A DNA stretch of 49,809 nt, from the IMG/VR virus record IMGVR_UViG_2663762603_000001; one strand, 5' to 3'. Under the pieces are notes generated by a model. It was given only the letters and a program-made list of their open reading frames with translations. It made no database searches and had not been told where the DNA came from. Source of the DNA: a virus (lineage: Duplodnaviria > Heunggongvirae > Uroviricota > Caudoviricetes). The position numbers and the translations under genes are program-made. This document shows, in pieces, positions 8,733 to 17,560 of this stretch (positions are counted from its first letter, which is position 1; each line of letters starts with the position of its first letter).

Positions 8733-9632
8733 ATGATTGATCCACTTATTAGAAACTTACAGAGTGATATTGCACTACTCCAGCTTTATATCGCGCAACG
8801 CAAACAGGCAGGCTTTCATGACATGGAAAGAATAATTGAGTCATTGACCATCTTTATGTTTCGCGCGCTGAAAATGGGTGAACTGGTAAACATGAATCAG
8901 ATTAAAGTTAATTTTCCCGCCATTGATTTAGCTGATAATAAAAACATGATAGCAGTTCAAGTTACTACGAATGCAAGTCCAGCAAAAATTAAAAAAACTA
9001 TCGAATCTTTTGAGGAAACAAATGAAATAGGAGAGAGTCTGAAAGATAAATACTCTACTTTATATATTTTTGGTTTTTGTAAAGCCTCAAGATACCTAAC
9101 TCCAAGTTATTGTAAAATAATCGACCCCAGCTATTTCGTGAATGAACTTTGCGATAAAGCAGATGAAGATATGGTCCAGGATATGATTGACGCCATTCGA
9201 CGCCATCATGATTATACATCATTACATCCATGGAGTGATAAAGATTCACTCGAAATTATACTCAATATTATTAATCGCAATGCAATAAAACATCGGATGA
9301 GTTGCGAAGGCAGTCTGTCTGATATGCTCACTGGTTTAAAAGAAATTAATGAAGTAATTACAAAAGGAACAATTCAACGTAAGCAACGTTCAAAATCGAT
9401 ATCTGACTTCAAAGATCAAAGCATGGTGAAATTTATGAGAGGTGTAATGGATGATTTGTCTGTTATTCAAGCCATAGTGAACAAATCTAAAGTTAACCAA
9501 GGTGATATGGTTTATATAAGCCATGAAGATATGATTAATATTGATAAATTAAAAGCTAAAATAGCAAGTGATTCATCAGAGATTGCAAGGCTAAATAATA
9601 TTGATATAACACTAAATGTTGTTGATTTATAA
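8733..9632 (+). CDS. SMEK-domain-like protein (candidate defence/abortive-infection protein)
   Basis: 299-aa ORF with AAGGA SD; N-terminal segment …NFPAIDLADNKNMIAVQVTT… resembles recalled SMEK-domain proteins; low-GC island. Confidence 0.6.
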   Translation: MIDPLIRNLQSDIALLQLYIAQRKQAGFHDMERIIESLTIFMFRALKMGELVNMNQIKVNFPAIDLADNKNMIAVQVTTNASPAKIKKTIESFEETNEIGESLKDKYSTLYIFGFCKASRYLTPSYCKIIDPSYFVNELCDKADEDMVQDMIDAIRRHHDYTSLHPWSDKDSLEIILNIINRNAIKHRMSCEGSLSDMLTGLKEINEVITKGTIQRKQRSKSISDFKDQSMVKFMRGVMDDLSVIQAIVNKSKVNQGDMVYISHEDMINIDKLKAKIASDSSEIARLNNIDITLNVVDL

Positions 9633-9946
9633 TTGTCGATTTAGCAAAACAGAGAATGCTTTGAAAGTTTCACCGAGAAATATTTATTGTGAACCTCCTT
9701 ATTGTTTATCGACTTTTACTCTCCGCTCATTGCAGTACTGTCGGAGAAGGCTACTATGTACAAGAAGCAGCTAACATAAGCGAGCATCACTATTGATATT
9801 AGGAAGAGTATATAAAAACTTCATGCTGAACCTTACAAAAGTAGATAAACCGGCAATGGCCTAAGTGGCAGGGTCATGTTGATCCGGCACTGCCGAGCTA
9901 ATAATTAACAAGCAAATCACTCTTTCTAATAATTTGTTGAAATAAA

Positions 9947-10606
9947 CTAAATATGTATATGTTTACCAACAACCACATATGAACTACCTGCTTTGCTCCA
10001 TGATTTTATTATTTCTAAATTATTATCTGAGCATATTTTACTTACAGTATCCACATCTAATAAACCATAGTAGAAAGCATTACGAGAGTTTTGGTATATA
10101 TACCCATGCAAATGTTTAATACCGCTCTCGTACCTCTTGAAATAAGAACTTTTGTATTGATTGACAATCAGTGCTTCACCATCACTCTTTAATAATTCTC
10201 TAATCGCACTGAGGACTTTGTGAATTGTGGATTCACATGGAATTGCGGAAAGCACGTTTGCGCAAAGTATGAAATCATAATGATTTGTTATTTTATCTAT
10301 ATTTTCATAAGAAACAATATTAGCATTCTTATAGTTATTTATCACGTAATCTGGAATCGTGGTTTGTACACCTCTGATAATTTGCACTCTTTCTAGTTGT
10401 CTTCTGGAATCTAAAAATGTCACAGTTTCAAATTTATTTACTAATTGTTCTGAATATCTAAGTTTTCCACATCCAAAATCAAGGGCATTGCCATTTTTAT
10501 TAGTGCTTTCAATCTGTTTACAGAGATAGTTAGATGGCATAGTGTGCGGTTTCGCTGCATTTTCTGAACGTATGTTTATTCCATTTATTTTGTAATTCAA
10601 AATCAA
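9947..10606 (-). CDS. class I SAM-dependent methyltransferase (not a DPPY/NPPY DNA MTase)
   Basis: 219-aa ORF; motif I LDFGCGKLRY, post-I VTFLDS, DFILCANVL; 6-bp gap from upstream membrane-protein gene. Confidence 0.7.
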   Translation of the reverse strand: MILNYKINGINIRSENAAKPHTMPSNYLCKQIESTNKNGNALDFGCGKLRYSEQLVNKFETVTFLDSRRQLERVQIIRGVQTTIPDYVINNYKNANIVSYENIDKITNHYDFILCANVLSAIPCESTIHKVLSAIRELLKSDGEALIVNQYKSSYFKRYESGIKHLHGYIYQNSRNAFYYGLLDVDTVSKICSDNNLEIIKSWSKAGSSYVVVGKHIHI

Positions 10607-10612
10607 CCTCGT

Positions 10613-11320
10613 TTAAAAAATATTGTTATTGTTAAAGAATTCTTTTATTTTGCTATCAGGTATTTGTCTTACTTGGCTTTCTGTTCTTGGTTTAACTGAT
10701 GCTATGAAAATAAGGAAGTCAAATGCGACAAGAGAAATAATCCACAACCAAAGATTAATTAAAGAGCCAGTAACAGAGAATATATTTGTTAATTTGGCGA
10801 TACTTATTATTAAAATAGTAACAAATGCGATTACTGTATGTTCAAAGAAAACCCAAAAGTAATAAACTTTGTTCCAGAAAAGTTCAACGTAATGTTTGTC
10901 TTTTAACTCTTTAACTTCTGGGTAATACAGTTTACTCATTACCTTGTGAGATTCATCAGTAGTTAATTTTCTCGTAACGCCTGCAATTTTTGCTAATGGT
11001 TTAATAATTAAATGACTATCCCACATCTTCCTTATTCCAATAATTTTTGCTACATTATTATGTAGATCTAAAGCTCCACTAATTACTGACCAAAAAACTG
11101 AAGATGCAATTGGTAATATGCCAAAGGTTAATATCCATTTAATAAATTCCTCGTAGTCTTTAACGGGGGGGATATACTTGGCATTAATGCCAACCAATGG
11201 CATGTAGCCATAAATGACTAATGATAGGTAAAATATAAATGTAGTAATAAAAGTCGCCTTATGGAGCATAGGCAACATTTCATTATAACTCTTTGGTGGT
11301 TCTAACATTTTACTCTCCAA
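10613..11320 (-). CDS. integral membrane protein (about 4 TM helices), unknown function
   Basis: 235-aa ORF with four long hydrophobic segments; first gene of two-gene operon with the methyltransferase. Confidence 0.65.
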   Translation of the reverse strand: MESKMLEPPKSYNEMLPMLHKATFITTFIFYLSLVIYGYMPLVGINAKYIPPVKDYEEFIKWILTFGILPIASSVFWSVISGALDLHNNVAKIIGIRKMWDSHLIIKPLAKIAGVTRKLTTDESHKVMSKLYYPEVKELKDKHYVELFWNKVYYFWVFFEHTVIAFVTILIISIAKLTNIFSVTGSLINLWLWIISLVAFDFLIFIASVKPRTESQVRQIPDSKIKEFFNNNNIF

Positions 11321-11598
11321 ACATTCAAAAAAAAGCTAATCTTCTATAATAACGAAATTCAGCTGGCACAATTAAAGATTAATTGCCACCAATTTCTTGA
11401 TTTTATAATTTTATCTAAATGTTTTTGATTAATCTAGTCCTAAAAGAAACCTACTGCATAAATATTTATGCTGATGACCCACTCCCTGTTCGTTAACACA
11501 TAGCAACGTTAGTAATGCATCCTAAGTGATCAATATTTTTGCTAGCTTCATCTGCTCGCTCAAAGGGAACTATAATGTTGGCTTGCGTGTGACTTGGC

Positions 11599-11835
11599 AT
11601 GTTTAAAGAAGTGCTGGTGGTGACTGGTTGCTGTTTTCCATTTCCACAGAACAAAATCATAGAAACTATACCCAGTAGTTGTATTGAATCACTGACGAGA
11701 CAGCCTCATATTTATCAGGACTGGTGTACGTCCAATACAGGAGGTTGTGGTGCTGGTTCTCAAATGTGCGCTGGCTATTGCTGCTGTAATGGCAATTTAT
11801 TGTCTTGCTGTTGTTCTTATGGATCACCTTTCTGA
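11599..11835 (+). CDS. possible small Cys/Gly-rich peptide (uncertain gene)
   Basis: 78-aa ORF ending GGCGAGSQMCAGYCCCNGNLLSCCCSYG; weak SD; divergent from membrane/MTase operon. Confidence 0.2.
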   Translation: MFKEVLVVTGCCFPFPQNKIIETIPSSCIESLTRQPHIYQDWCTSNTGGCGAGSQMCAGYCCCNGNLLSCCCSYGSPF

Positions 11836-12050
11836 TTGATTTCATATTGGCGAGGTAACGGTAGTTAAGTAGAATTGCTGCGGGTGCTTGAGGCTATCTG
11901 CCTCGGGCATCAACACCAAAGGCAGATAGAGAAAAGCCCCAGTTAACATTACGCGTCCGGCAAGACGCTTAACATTAATCTGAGGCCATATCTATGCTCT
12001 ACACACGTAGGTTAGCCTCTTACGTGCCGAAAGGCAAGGAGAAGCAGGCT

Positions 12051-12206
12051 ATGAAGCAGCAAAAGGCGATGCTAATCGCCCTGATCGTCATCTGTTTAAC
12101 CGTCATAGTGACGGCACTGGTAACGAGGAAAGACCTCTGCGAGGTACGAATCCGAACCGGCCAGACGGAGGTCGCTGTCTTCACAGCTTACGAACCTGAG
12201 GAGTAA
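12051..12206 (+). CDS. hok: Hok/Gef-family membrane toxin (type I toxin)
   Basis: 51 aa MKQQKAMLIALIVICLTVIVTALVTRKDLCEVRIRTGQTEVAVFTAYEPEE, close to Hok consensus; in-frame upstream extension from 11994 resembles mok-type overlap; structured 3' region. Confidence 0.85.
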   Translation: MKQQKAMLIALIVICLTVIVTALVTRKDLCEVRIRTGQTEVAVFTAYEPEE

Positions 12207-12276
12207 GAGACCCGGCGAGGGAGAAATCCCTCGCCACCTCTGATGTGGCAGGCATCCTCAACGCACCCGCACTTAA

Positions 12277-12300
12277 CCCGCTTCGGCGGGTTTTTGTTTT
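12277..12300 (+). terminator. rho-independent terminator of hok transcript
   Basis: CCCGCTTCGGCGGG hairpin followed by TTTTTGTTTTT. Confidence 0.7.
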
Positions 12301-12422
12301 TATTTTCAACGCGTTTGAAGTTCTGGACGGTGCCGGAATAGAATCAAAAATACTTAAGTAGCGCGCAGGGATAAGAGGGATGGTCCCTTAAAGGGGAGAG
12401 CTAATTATCCGGAAGGATTCTG

Positions 12423-12674
12423 ATGATGAACATCGAAGAACTGCGTAAAATTTTTTGTGAAGATGGCCTCTATGCTGTGTGCGTTGAAAATGGAAATATT
12501 GTTAGTCATTACCGCATTGTGTGTTTGCAAAAAAATGGGGCTGCGTTAATTAATTTTGTGGATGCCCGAGTGACGGACGGATTTATCTTGCGCGACGGTG
12601 AGTTTGTCACTTCATTACAGGCATTGAAAGAGATCGGAATAAAAGCTGGCTTTTCTGCTTTTTCAGAAGAATAA
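12423..12674 (+). CDS. small conserved prophage protein (possibly Rem-like)
   Basis: 83-aa ORF with GGAAGGA SD; position between hok and DUF968 gene as in Qin-type prophages. Confidence 0.5.
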   Translation: MMNIEELRKIFCEDGLYAVCVENGNIVSHYRIVCLQKNGAALINFVDARVTDGFILRDGEFVTSLQALKEIGIKAGFSAFSEE

Positions 12675-12740
12675 ACTCATCTACAATCTTGCGCGGGGCT
12701 GAACTCCCGCTGAGTAACACCGTGCCACCGGAGAAAACCG

Positions 12741-13019
12741 ATGGCACGCAACGCAAAATATTACAATCATGATAATTCGACCGTTCTTGCCCACACGCAC
12801 GAGCGGTATTCTCATGCATTTAAGTCAGACTGGTACCAGCATCCCCCATGCACTGAAGAACAGGCCGATTGGCTCATTCAGTGTTACCGCAGGCGCGGAT
12901 GCGAGGTTAAAAAAGCCCTTAGCCTCGACTACCGTCACTGGATAATCTCCGTCAGGCTCCCTTACTCCGAACGGCCACCGCGTCCGTCCCGCACATTCCA
13001 GCAACGTATCTGGAGGTAA
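12741..13019 (+). CDS. hypothetical protein
   Basis: 92-aa ORF with GGAGAAAA upstream; immediately precedes DUF968-like gene. Confidence 0.45.
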   Translation: MARNAKYYNHDNSTVLAHTHERYSHAFKSDWYQHPPCTEEQADWLIQCYRRRGCEVKKALSLDYRHWIISVRLPYSERPPRPSRTFQQRIWR

Positions 13020-13020
13020 C

Positions 13021-14067
13021 GTGCGGGTATTACTTCGACCTGTTCTGGTACCGGAACTCGGGCTGGTGATCGTTAAGCCGGGCCGTGAATCCATGCCGGT
13101 ATTCCACAATACCCGGGTACTGGTGGAGCCGGAACCGAAAAGCATGCGTAATCTGTCGTCCGGGGTCGTTCCTGCCGTTCGCCAGCCGCTGGCGGAGGAT
13201 AAATCATTACTGCCATTTTTCAGCGACGAACGAGTGATTCGTGCTGCTGGTGGCGCTGGCGCATTGTCTGACTGGTTACTGCGCCATGTTAAATCCTGCC
13301 AGTGGCCACACGGCGATTATCACCACAGTGAAACCGTCATTCACCGTTATGGTACCGGCGCAATGGTGTTGTGCTGGCACTGCGACAACCAGCTGCGCGA
13401 CCAGACCTCCGAATCACTCGGGCAACTTGCTCACCAAAACCTGTCTGCATGGATGATTGACGTCATACTCCATGCAATGAATGGCTCGCAGGAACGGGAA
13501 TTATCGCTGGCTGAATTATCCTGGTGGGCGGTCCGCAATCAGGTGGCGGACGCGCTACCGGAAGCGGTATTACGTCGTTCGCTGGGGTTGCGTGCGGAAA
13601 AAATCCGCTCAATGTACCGTGAAAGCGACATCGTACCGGGAGAGCAGACCGCCACCAGCATACTGAAGCAGCGCACAAAAAATCTTGCGCCGCTGTCTCA
13701 CGCCCACCAGCAAAACCCGCCACAGGAAGAGACGGTGGTCAGCATTGCCGTTGATCCTGAGTCTCCGGAATCTTTCATGAAACGACCTAAACGTCGCCGC
13801 TGGGTTAACGAGAAATACACACGCTGGGTGAAGACACAGCCGTGTGCGTGTTGTGGTAAGCCAGCCGACGATCCCCATCACCTGATTGGTCATGGTCAGG
13901 GCGGAATGGGGACAAAATCTCACGATATTTTCACGCTACCGCTGTGTCGGGAGCATCACAACGAGCTTCATGCGGATCCTCTGGCGTTCGAAGAAAAGCA
14001 TGGTTCTCAGGTTGATTTAATTTTTCGTTTTCTTGATCACGCCTTTGCAACTGGCGTGCTTGGGTAA
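13021..14067 (+). CDS. DUF968-like protein with C-terminal HNH/zinc-finger motif (YdfU-like)
   Basis: 348 aa from GTG 13021 (GGAGG 8 nt upstream); C-terminus CACCGKPADDPHHLIGHG…LCREHHNELH. Confidence 0.65.
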   Translation: MRVLLRPVLVPELGLVIVKPGRESMPVFHNTRVLVEPEPKSMRNLSSGVVPAVRQPLAEDKSLLPFFSDERVIRAAGGAGALSDWLLRHVKSCQWPHGDYHHSETVIHRYGTGAMVLCWHCDNQLRDQTSESLGQLAHQNLSAWMIDVILHAMNGSQERELSLAELSWWAVRNQVADALPEAVLRRSLGLRAEKIRSMYRESDIVPGEQTATSILKQRTKNLAPLSHAHQQNPPQEETVVSIAVDPESPESFMKRPKRRRWVNEKYTRWVKTQPCACCGKPADDPHHLIGHGQGGMGTKSHDIFTLPLCREHHNELHADPLAFEEKHGSQVDLIFRFLDHAFATGVLG

Positions 14068-14079
14068 AAGAGGTGACTG

Positions 14080-14454
14080 ATGCTCATAGATTTGGTTTTA
14101 CCTTACCCGCCGACGGTGAACACTTACTGGCGACGCCGTGGCAGCACATATTTTATCTCGGAGGAGGGAAAGCGTTATCGCCGGGCTGTGGCGCTTATTG
14201 TTCGCCAGCAGCGGCTGAAATTAAGCCTGTCCGGAAGGCTGGCGATAAAGGTGATTGCAGAGCCACCGGATAAGCGTCGTCGCGACCTGGACAATATTCT
14301 GAAAGCACCACTGGATGCGCTGACGCATGCCGGACTTCTCATAGACGACGAGCAGTTTGATGAAATCAATATTGTGCGCGGTCAGCGCGTTCCTGGGGGG
14401 CGGCTGGGCGTGAAGATTTACCCCATAATGCTTGAAGGGCAGGTCAAAAAATGA
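14080..14454 (+). CDS. rusA: RusA Holliday-junction resolvase
   Basis: 124 aa; LPYPPTVNTYW and DLDNILKAPLDALTHAGLLIDD match RusA family. Confidence 0.9.
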   Translation: MLIDLVLPYPPTVNTYWRRRGSTYFISEEGKRYRRAVALIVRQQRLKLSLSGRLAIKVIAEPPDKRRRDLDNILKAPLDALTHAGLLIDDEQFDEINIVRGQRVPGGRLGVKIYPIMLEGQVKK

Positions 14455-15272
14455 AACTGGAAGATTTACCGAAATACTACTCCCCAAAATCCCCCGGCCT
14501 GACTGATGCATCGGCCTCAACGTCGAAAGATGCGCTGAGTATCACTGATGTGATGGCCGCGCAGGGCATGACACAGAATCGGGCTGAGATGGGGTTTTCT
14601 GCGTTCCTTGGGAAAATGGGCATTAGTATGAATGACAGAGAGCGGGCAACAGAATTGCTGACAGAATATGCACTCAGTCGGTGTGATCGCGTGGCGGCGT
14701 TAAGAAAACTCCCGGCAGAAATAAAACCGGCAGTGATGCGTATTATGGCTTCGTATGCGTTTGAAGATTATGCCCGTAGCGCGGCGAGCAAAAAACAGTG
14801 CTCCTGCTGTCACGGAAAAAAATTTATTGAAAGCGAGGTTTTTACAAACAAGATCCAGTATCCGGATGGTAAGCCGCCGGTATGGGCAAAGTGTACGAAA
14901 GGTGTGTATCCGTCTTACTGGGAAGAATGGAAAAAAGTCAGGGAGGTGGTAAAAGTTGCCTGTCCGGAGTGTGGCGGAAAGGGTGAGGTTTCCACCGCCT
15001 GTAAGGATTGCCGTGGGCGTGGTGTCGCCATTCATCGTGAAGAGTCGGTAAAACGTGGTATGCCTGTTATCAGAGACTGCCAGCGTTGTGGTGGTCGTGG
15101 CTGTGAAAGACTACCATCAACGGAGGCATTTAATGCCATATGCAAAGTGACGAGTGCTATCACGCTTGATACGTGGAAAAAATCAGTGAAACGCTTTTAC
15201 GATACGTTGGTGGTTCGGTTTGACATTGAAGAGGCATGGGCGGAGCGGCAGTTAAAGAGGGTAACGCGATAG
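14451..15272 (+). CDS. Q: late-gene antiterminator Q (phage 21/82-type with Cys4 clusters)
   Basis: 273 aa with CPECGGKG…CKDCRGRG…CQRCGGRG motifs; followed by PR'-like promoter and tR'. Confidence 0.85.
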   Translation: MKLEDLPKYYSPKSPGLTDASASTSKDALSITDVMAAQGMTQNRAEMGFSAFLGKMGISMNDRERATELLTEYALSRCDRVAALRKLPAEIKPAVMRIMASYAFEDYARSAASKKQCSCCHGKKFIESEVFTNKIQYPDGKPPVWAKCTKGVYPSYWEEWKKVREVVKVACPECGGKGEVSTACKDCRGRGVAIHREESVKRGMPVIRDCQRCGGRGCERLPSTEAFNAICKVTSAITLDTWKKSVKRFYDTLVVRFDIEEAWAERQLKRVTR

Positions 15273-15277
15273 TGTTG

Positions 15278-15306
15278 TTGATTTTTCCCGAATCTGTGGT
15301 AAATTT
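15278..15306 (+). promoter_or_regulatory. PR'-like late promoter (-35 TTGATT, 17 bp, -10 TAAATT); qut region expected here
   Basis: hexamers read directly; position immediately downstream of Q. Confidence 0.5.
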
Positions 15307-15354
15307 GCTCTAACGATGGGCGTTTTATGCCTGACGTTAGAAGATTTTTTACAC

Positions 15355-15378
15355 CCCGCCGCCTGGCGGGTTTTTTAT
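15355..15378 (+). terminator. tR'-like intrinsic terminator
   Basis: CCCGCCGCCTGGCGGG hairpin + TTTTTT about 50 nt after PR' -10. Confidence 0.7.
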
Positions 15379-15498
15379 GACTGAAATCGCGTCAGTATAG
15401 TAAACGCGCTGGTGGCGGTGAATACCTGTCTTTCAGCTTGCTGGCTTTTTCGACAAGAGTTATTGGTGTGTCACGTTAACCGGAAAAGGGAAAAAGAC

Positions 15499-15696
15499 AT
15501 GCTAAAACAGCAGGATATGACAGAAACCGCCAGAGTGGTGTTTAATGAATTAAGCGTTACCGAACCGGCGACAGTCGGGGAGATAGCGCAGAATACTTAC
15601 CTTTCACGCGAACGCTGCCAGTTAATACTGACCCAGCTGGTTATGGCGGATCTGGCAGACTATCAGTTCGGTTGTTACAGACGCCTTCCGCAGTGA
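15499..15696 (+). CDS. small hypothetical protein
   Basis: 65 aa from ATG 15499 (MLKQQDMTETARV…) after purine-rich SD. Confidence 0.4.
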   Translation: MLKQQDMTETARVVFNELSVTEPATVGEIAQNTYLSRERCQLILTQLVMADLADYQFGCYRRLPQ

Positions 15697-15846
15697 AGGC
15701 TTTTTTATTTGTGGTAAATGGGCGGCTGGTGGGTGTTAGGGGCACCCACCAGCCATCTGCTCATGCGTTGGGTTCACAAGCAAACCTCAGGCCCACTGCT
15801 TTGCGCAAAAGCAGAATGAGCCTATCAGAGACAGGCTTAATGATCC

Positions 15847-16896
15847 ATGCTTAATACTGTAAAAATATCCAGTTGTGAGTTAATCAACGCCGACTGCCTG
15901 GAATTTATCCGGTCGTTACCCGAAAATTCTGTTGACCTGATAGTCACGGACCCGCCGTACTTTAAAGTGAAGCCTGAGGGCTGGGATAACCAGTGGAAGG
16001 GCGACGATGATTACCTGAAGTGGCTGGACCAGTGTCTGGCGCAGTTCTGGCGGGTGCTGAAACCTGCCGGAAGTCTTTACCTGTTCTGTGGTCATCGCCT
16101 GGCATCTGATATCGAAATCATGATGCGTGAACGCTTCAGTGTGCTGAACCATATTATCTGGGCGAAGCCGTCCGGACGCTGGAACGGATGCAACAAGGAA
16201 AGCCTGCGGGCGTATTTCCCCGCCACAGAGCGCATTCTGTTCGCGGAACATTATCAGGGGCCGTATCGTCCGAAAGATGCCGGGTATGCGGCGAAGGGCA
16301 GTGCACTGAAACAGCATGTGATGGCCCCGCTGATTTCTTACTTTCGTGATGCGCGCGCGGCCCTGGGGATAACGGCAAAACAGATTGCAGATGCCACAGG
16401 AAAGAAAAACATGGTGTCGCACTGGTTCAGTGCCAGTCAGTGGCAGCTACCGAACGAAAGCGATTATCTGAAATTACAGTCGCTGTTTGCCCGGGTGGCA
16501 GAAGAGAAACATCAGCGCGGTGAACTGGAAAAGCCCCACCACCAGCTGGTGGATACGTATACGTCACTGAACCGGCAGTATGTGGAGCTGCAGAGTGAAT
16601 ATAAGCATCTGCGGCGGTATTTTGGTGTGACGGCGCAGGTGCCGTACACGGATGTGTGGACACATAAACCGGTGCAGTTCTATCCCGGGAAACATCCGTG
16701 CGAAAAACCGGCAGAAATGCTGCAGCAGATAATCAGCGCAAGCAGTCGTCCGGGTGACCTGGTTGCAGATTTTTTTATGGGCTCAGGTTCAACGGTAAAA
16801 GCGGCACTGGCGCTCGGGCGTCGTGCGATTGGCGTTGAGCTGGAGACCGGACGTTTTGAGCAGACAGTCAGGGAAGTTCAGGATTTAATCGTTTGA
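15847..16896 (+). CDS. orphan N6-adenine DNA methyltransferase (DPPY motif)
   Basis: 349 aa; VTDPPY near N-terminus, FxGxG SAM motif (DFFMGSGST) near C-terminus; no adjacent restriction endonuclease. Confidence 0.85.
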   Translation: MLNTVKISSCELINADCLEFIRSLPENSVDLIVTDPPYFKVKPEGWDNQWKGDDDYLKWLDQCLAQFWRVLKPAGSLYLFCGHRLASDIEIMMRERFSVLNHIIWAKPSGRWNGCNKESLRAYFPATERILFAEHYQGPYRPKDAGYAAKGSALKQHVMAPLISYFRDARAALGITAKQIADATGKKNMVSHWFSASQWQLPNESDYLKLQSLFARVAEEKHQRGELEKPHHQLVDTYTSLNRQYVELQSEYKHLRRYFGVTAQVPYTDVWTHKPVQFYPGKHPCEKPAEMLQQIISASSRPGDLVADFFMGSGSTVKAALALGRRAIGVELETGRFEQTVREVQDLIV

Positions 16897-16945
16897 AACG
16901 GATGAGATTGCAGAATTAATTACGCACCATTATTATTCTGCTCCC

Positions 16946-17021
16946 GGCCCTTTAGCTCAGTGGTGAGAGCGAGCGACTCATAATCGCCAGGTCGCTGGTT
17001 CAAATCCAGCAAGGGCCACCA
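16946..17021 (+). tRNA. ileZ: tRNA-Ile2 (anticodon CAU, ileX/ileZ-like)
   Basis: 76 nt with 7-bp acceptor stem GGCCCTT/AAGGGCC, anticodon loop CTCATAA, GGTTCAAATCC T-arm, CCA end; near-identical to recalled E. coli ileX. Confidence 0.85.
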
Positions 17022-17030
17022 TATCACATA

Positions 17031-17107
17031 CCACCATTAGCTCATCGGGATAGAGCGCCAGCCTTCGAAGCTGGTTGCGCGGGGTTCGAGTTCTCGATGG
17101 CGGTCCA
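17031..17107 (+). tRNA. tRNA-Arg (anticodon UCG as read)
   Basis: cloverleaf with D-stem GCTC/GAGC, anticodon stem CCAGC/GCTGG, loop CTTCGAA, T-loop TTCGAGT, CCA end; one acceptor mismatch and G-U pairs in T-stem. Confidence 0.65.
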
Positions 17108-17121
17108 TTTATCGGTATTCT

Positions 17122-17190
17122 GCGTTGTTAGCTCAGCCGGACAGAGCAATTGCCTTCTAAGCAGCTGTGGTTGCACTCCTGTTGTTTCTG
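17122..17190 (+). pseudogene. tRNA-Arg(UCU)-like remnant (5' half intact, 3' half degenerate)
   Basis: D-arm TAGCTCAGCCGGACAGAGC and anticodon loop CTTCTAA present; no complementary acceptor 3' strand or canonical T-arm. Confidence 0.35.
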
Positions 17191-17363
17191 GTGGTGATGG
17201 TGGACTTCAGCAGCCGGATAATGTCGGTGCTGTCTGATGGTGTTTTGGTGGCGGGTGTGTGGTTGTTGCTTTCCCGTTGCTGAAAAAGAAAGCATCAGGC
17301 GATTAGCAGGGTATCAGTTACCCGTTGAAATTTTTAAATACCTCACAATTCCACAGCTTGATG

Positions 17364-17560
17364 ATTGTCTGGCTGCCGGAGAATTTGTTAAAAATTACAT
17401 CGCATGGTGAATCCCCCTCAGCGGCGGGGCATCTGGCAAAGTGTATGATCCAGAGAACATGCAAATTCAGTAGACAGGCTGAATTTACCGGGAGGCCCCT
17501 GGCACCATGCGACAGACAGAAATTAGGCTATACTTCAGCCCCTCTCCGGAGGGGCTTTTC
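17364..17560 (+). repeat. copy 1 of ~200-bp diverged direct repeat ending in AGCCCCTC-TCCG-GAGGGGCT hairpin + T-tract
   Basis: shares ATTGTCTGGC…TTTGTTAAAAA…CGCATGGTGAATCCCCCT…GAATTCACCGGGAGGC…GGCACCATGC…AGCCCCTCTCCGGAGGGGCT with copy 2. Confidence 0.7.

Noticed and set aside
15916-16663. Minus-strand ORFs inside the DNA methyltransferase gene
   Set aside because: Antisense to a gene with clear DPPY and FxGxG motifs; no start-site support.
17122-17190. Calling the third tRNA-like element an intact tRNA-Arg
   Set aside because: Only the D-arm and anticodon arm can be folded; no complementary acceptor 3' strand or canonical T-arm, so it is recorded as a remnant rather than a functional tRNA.
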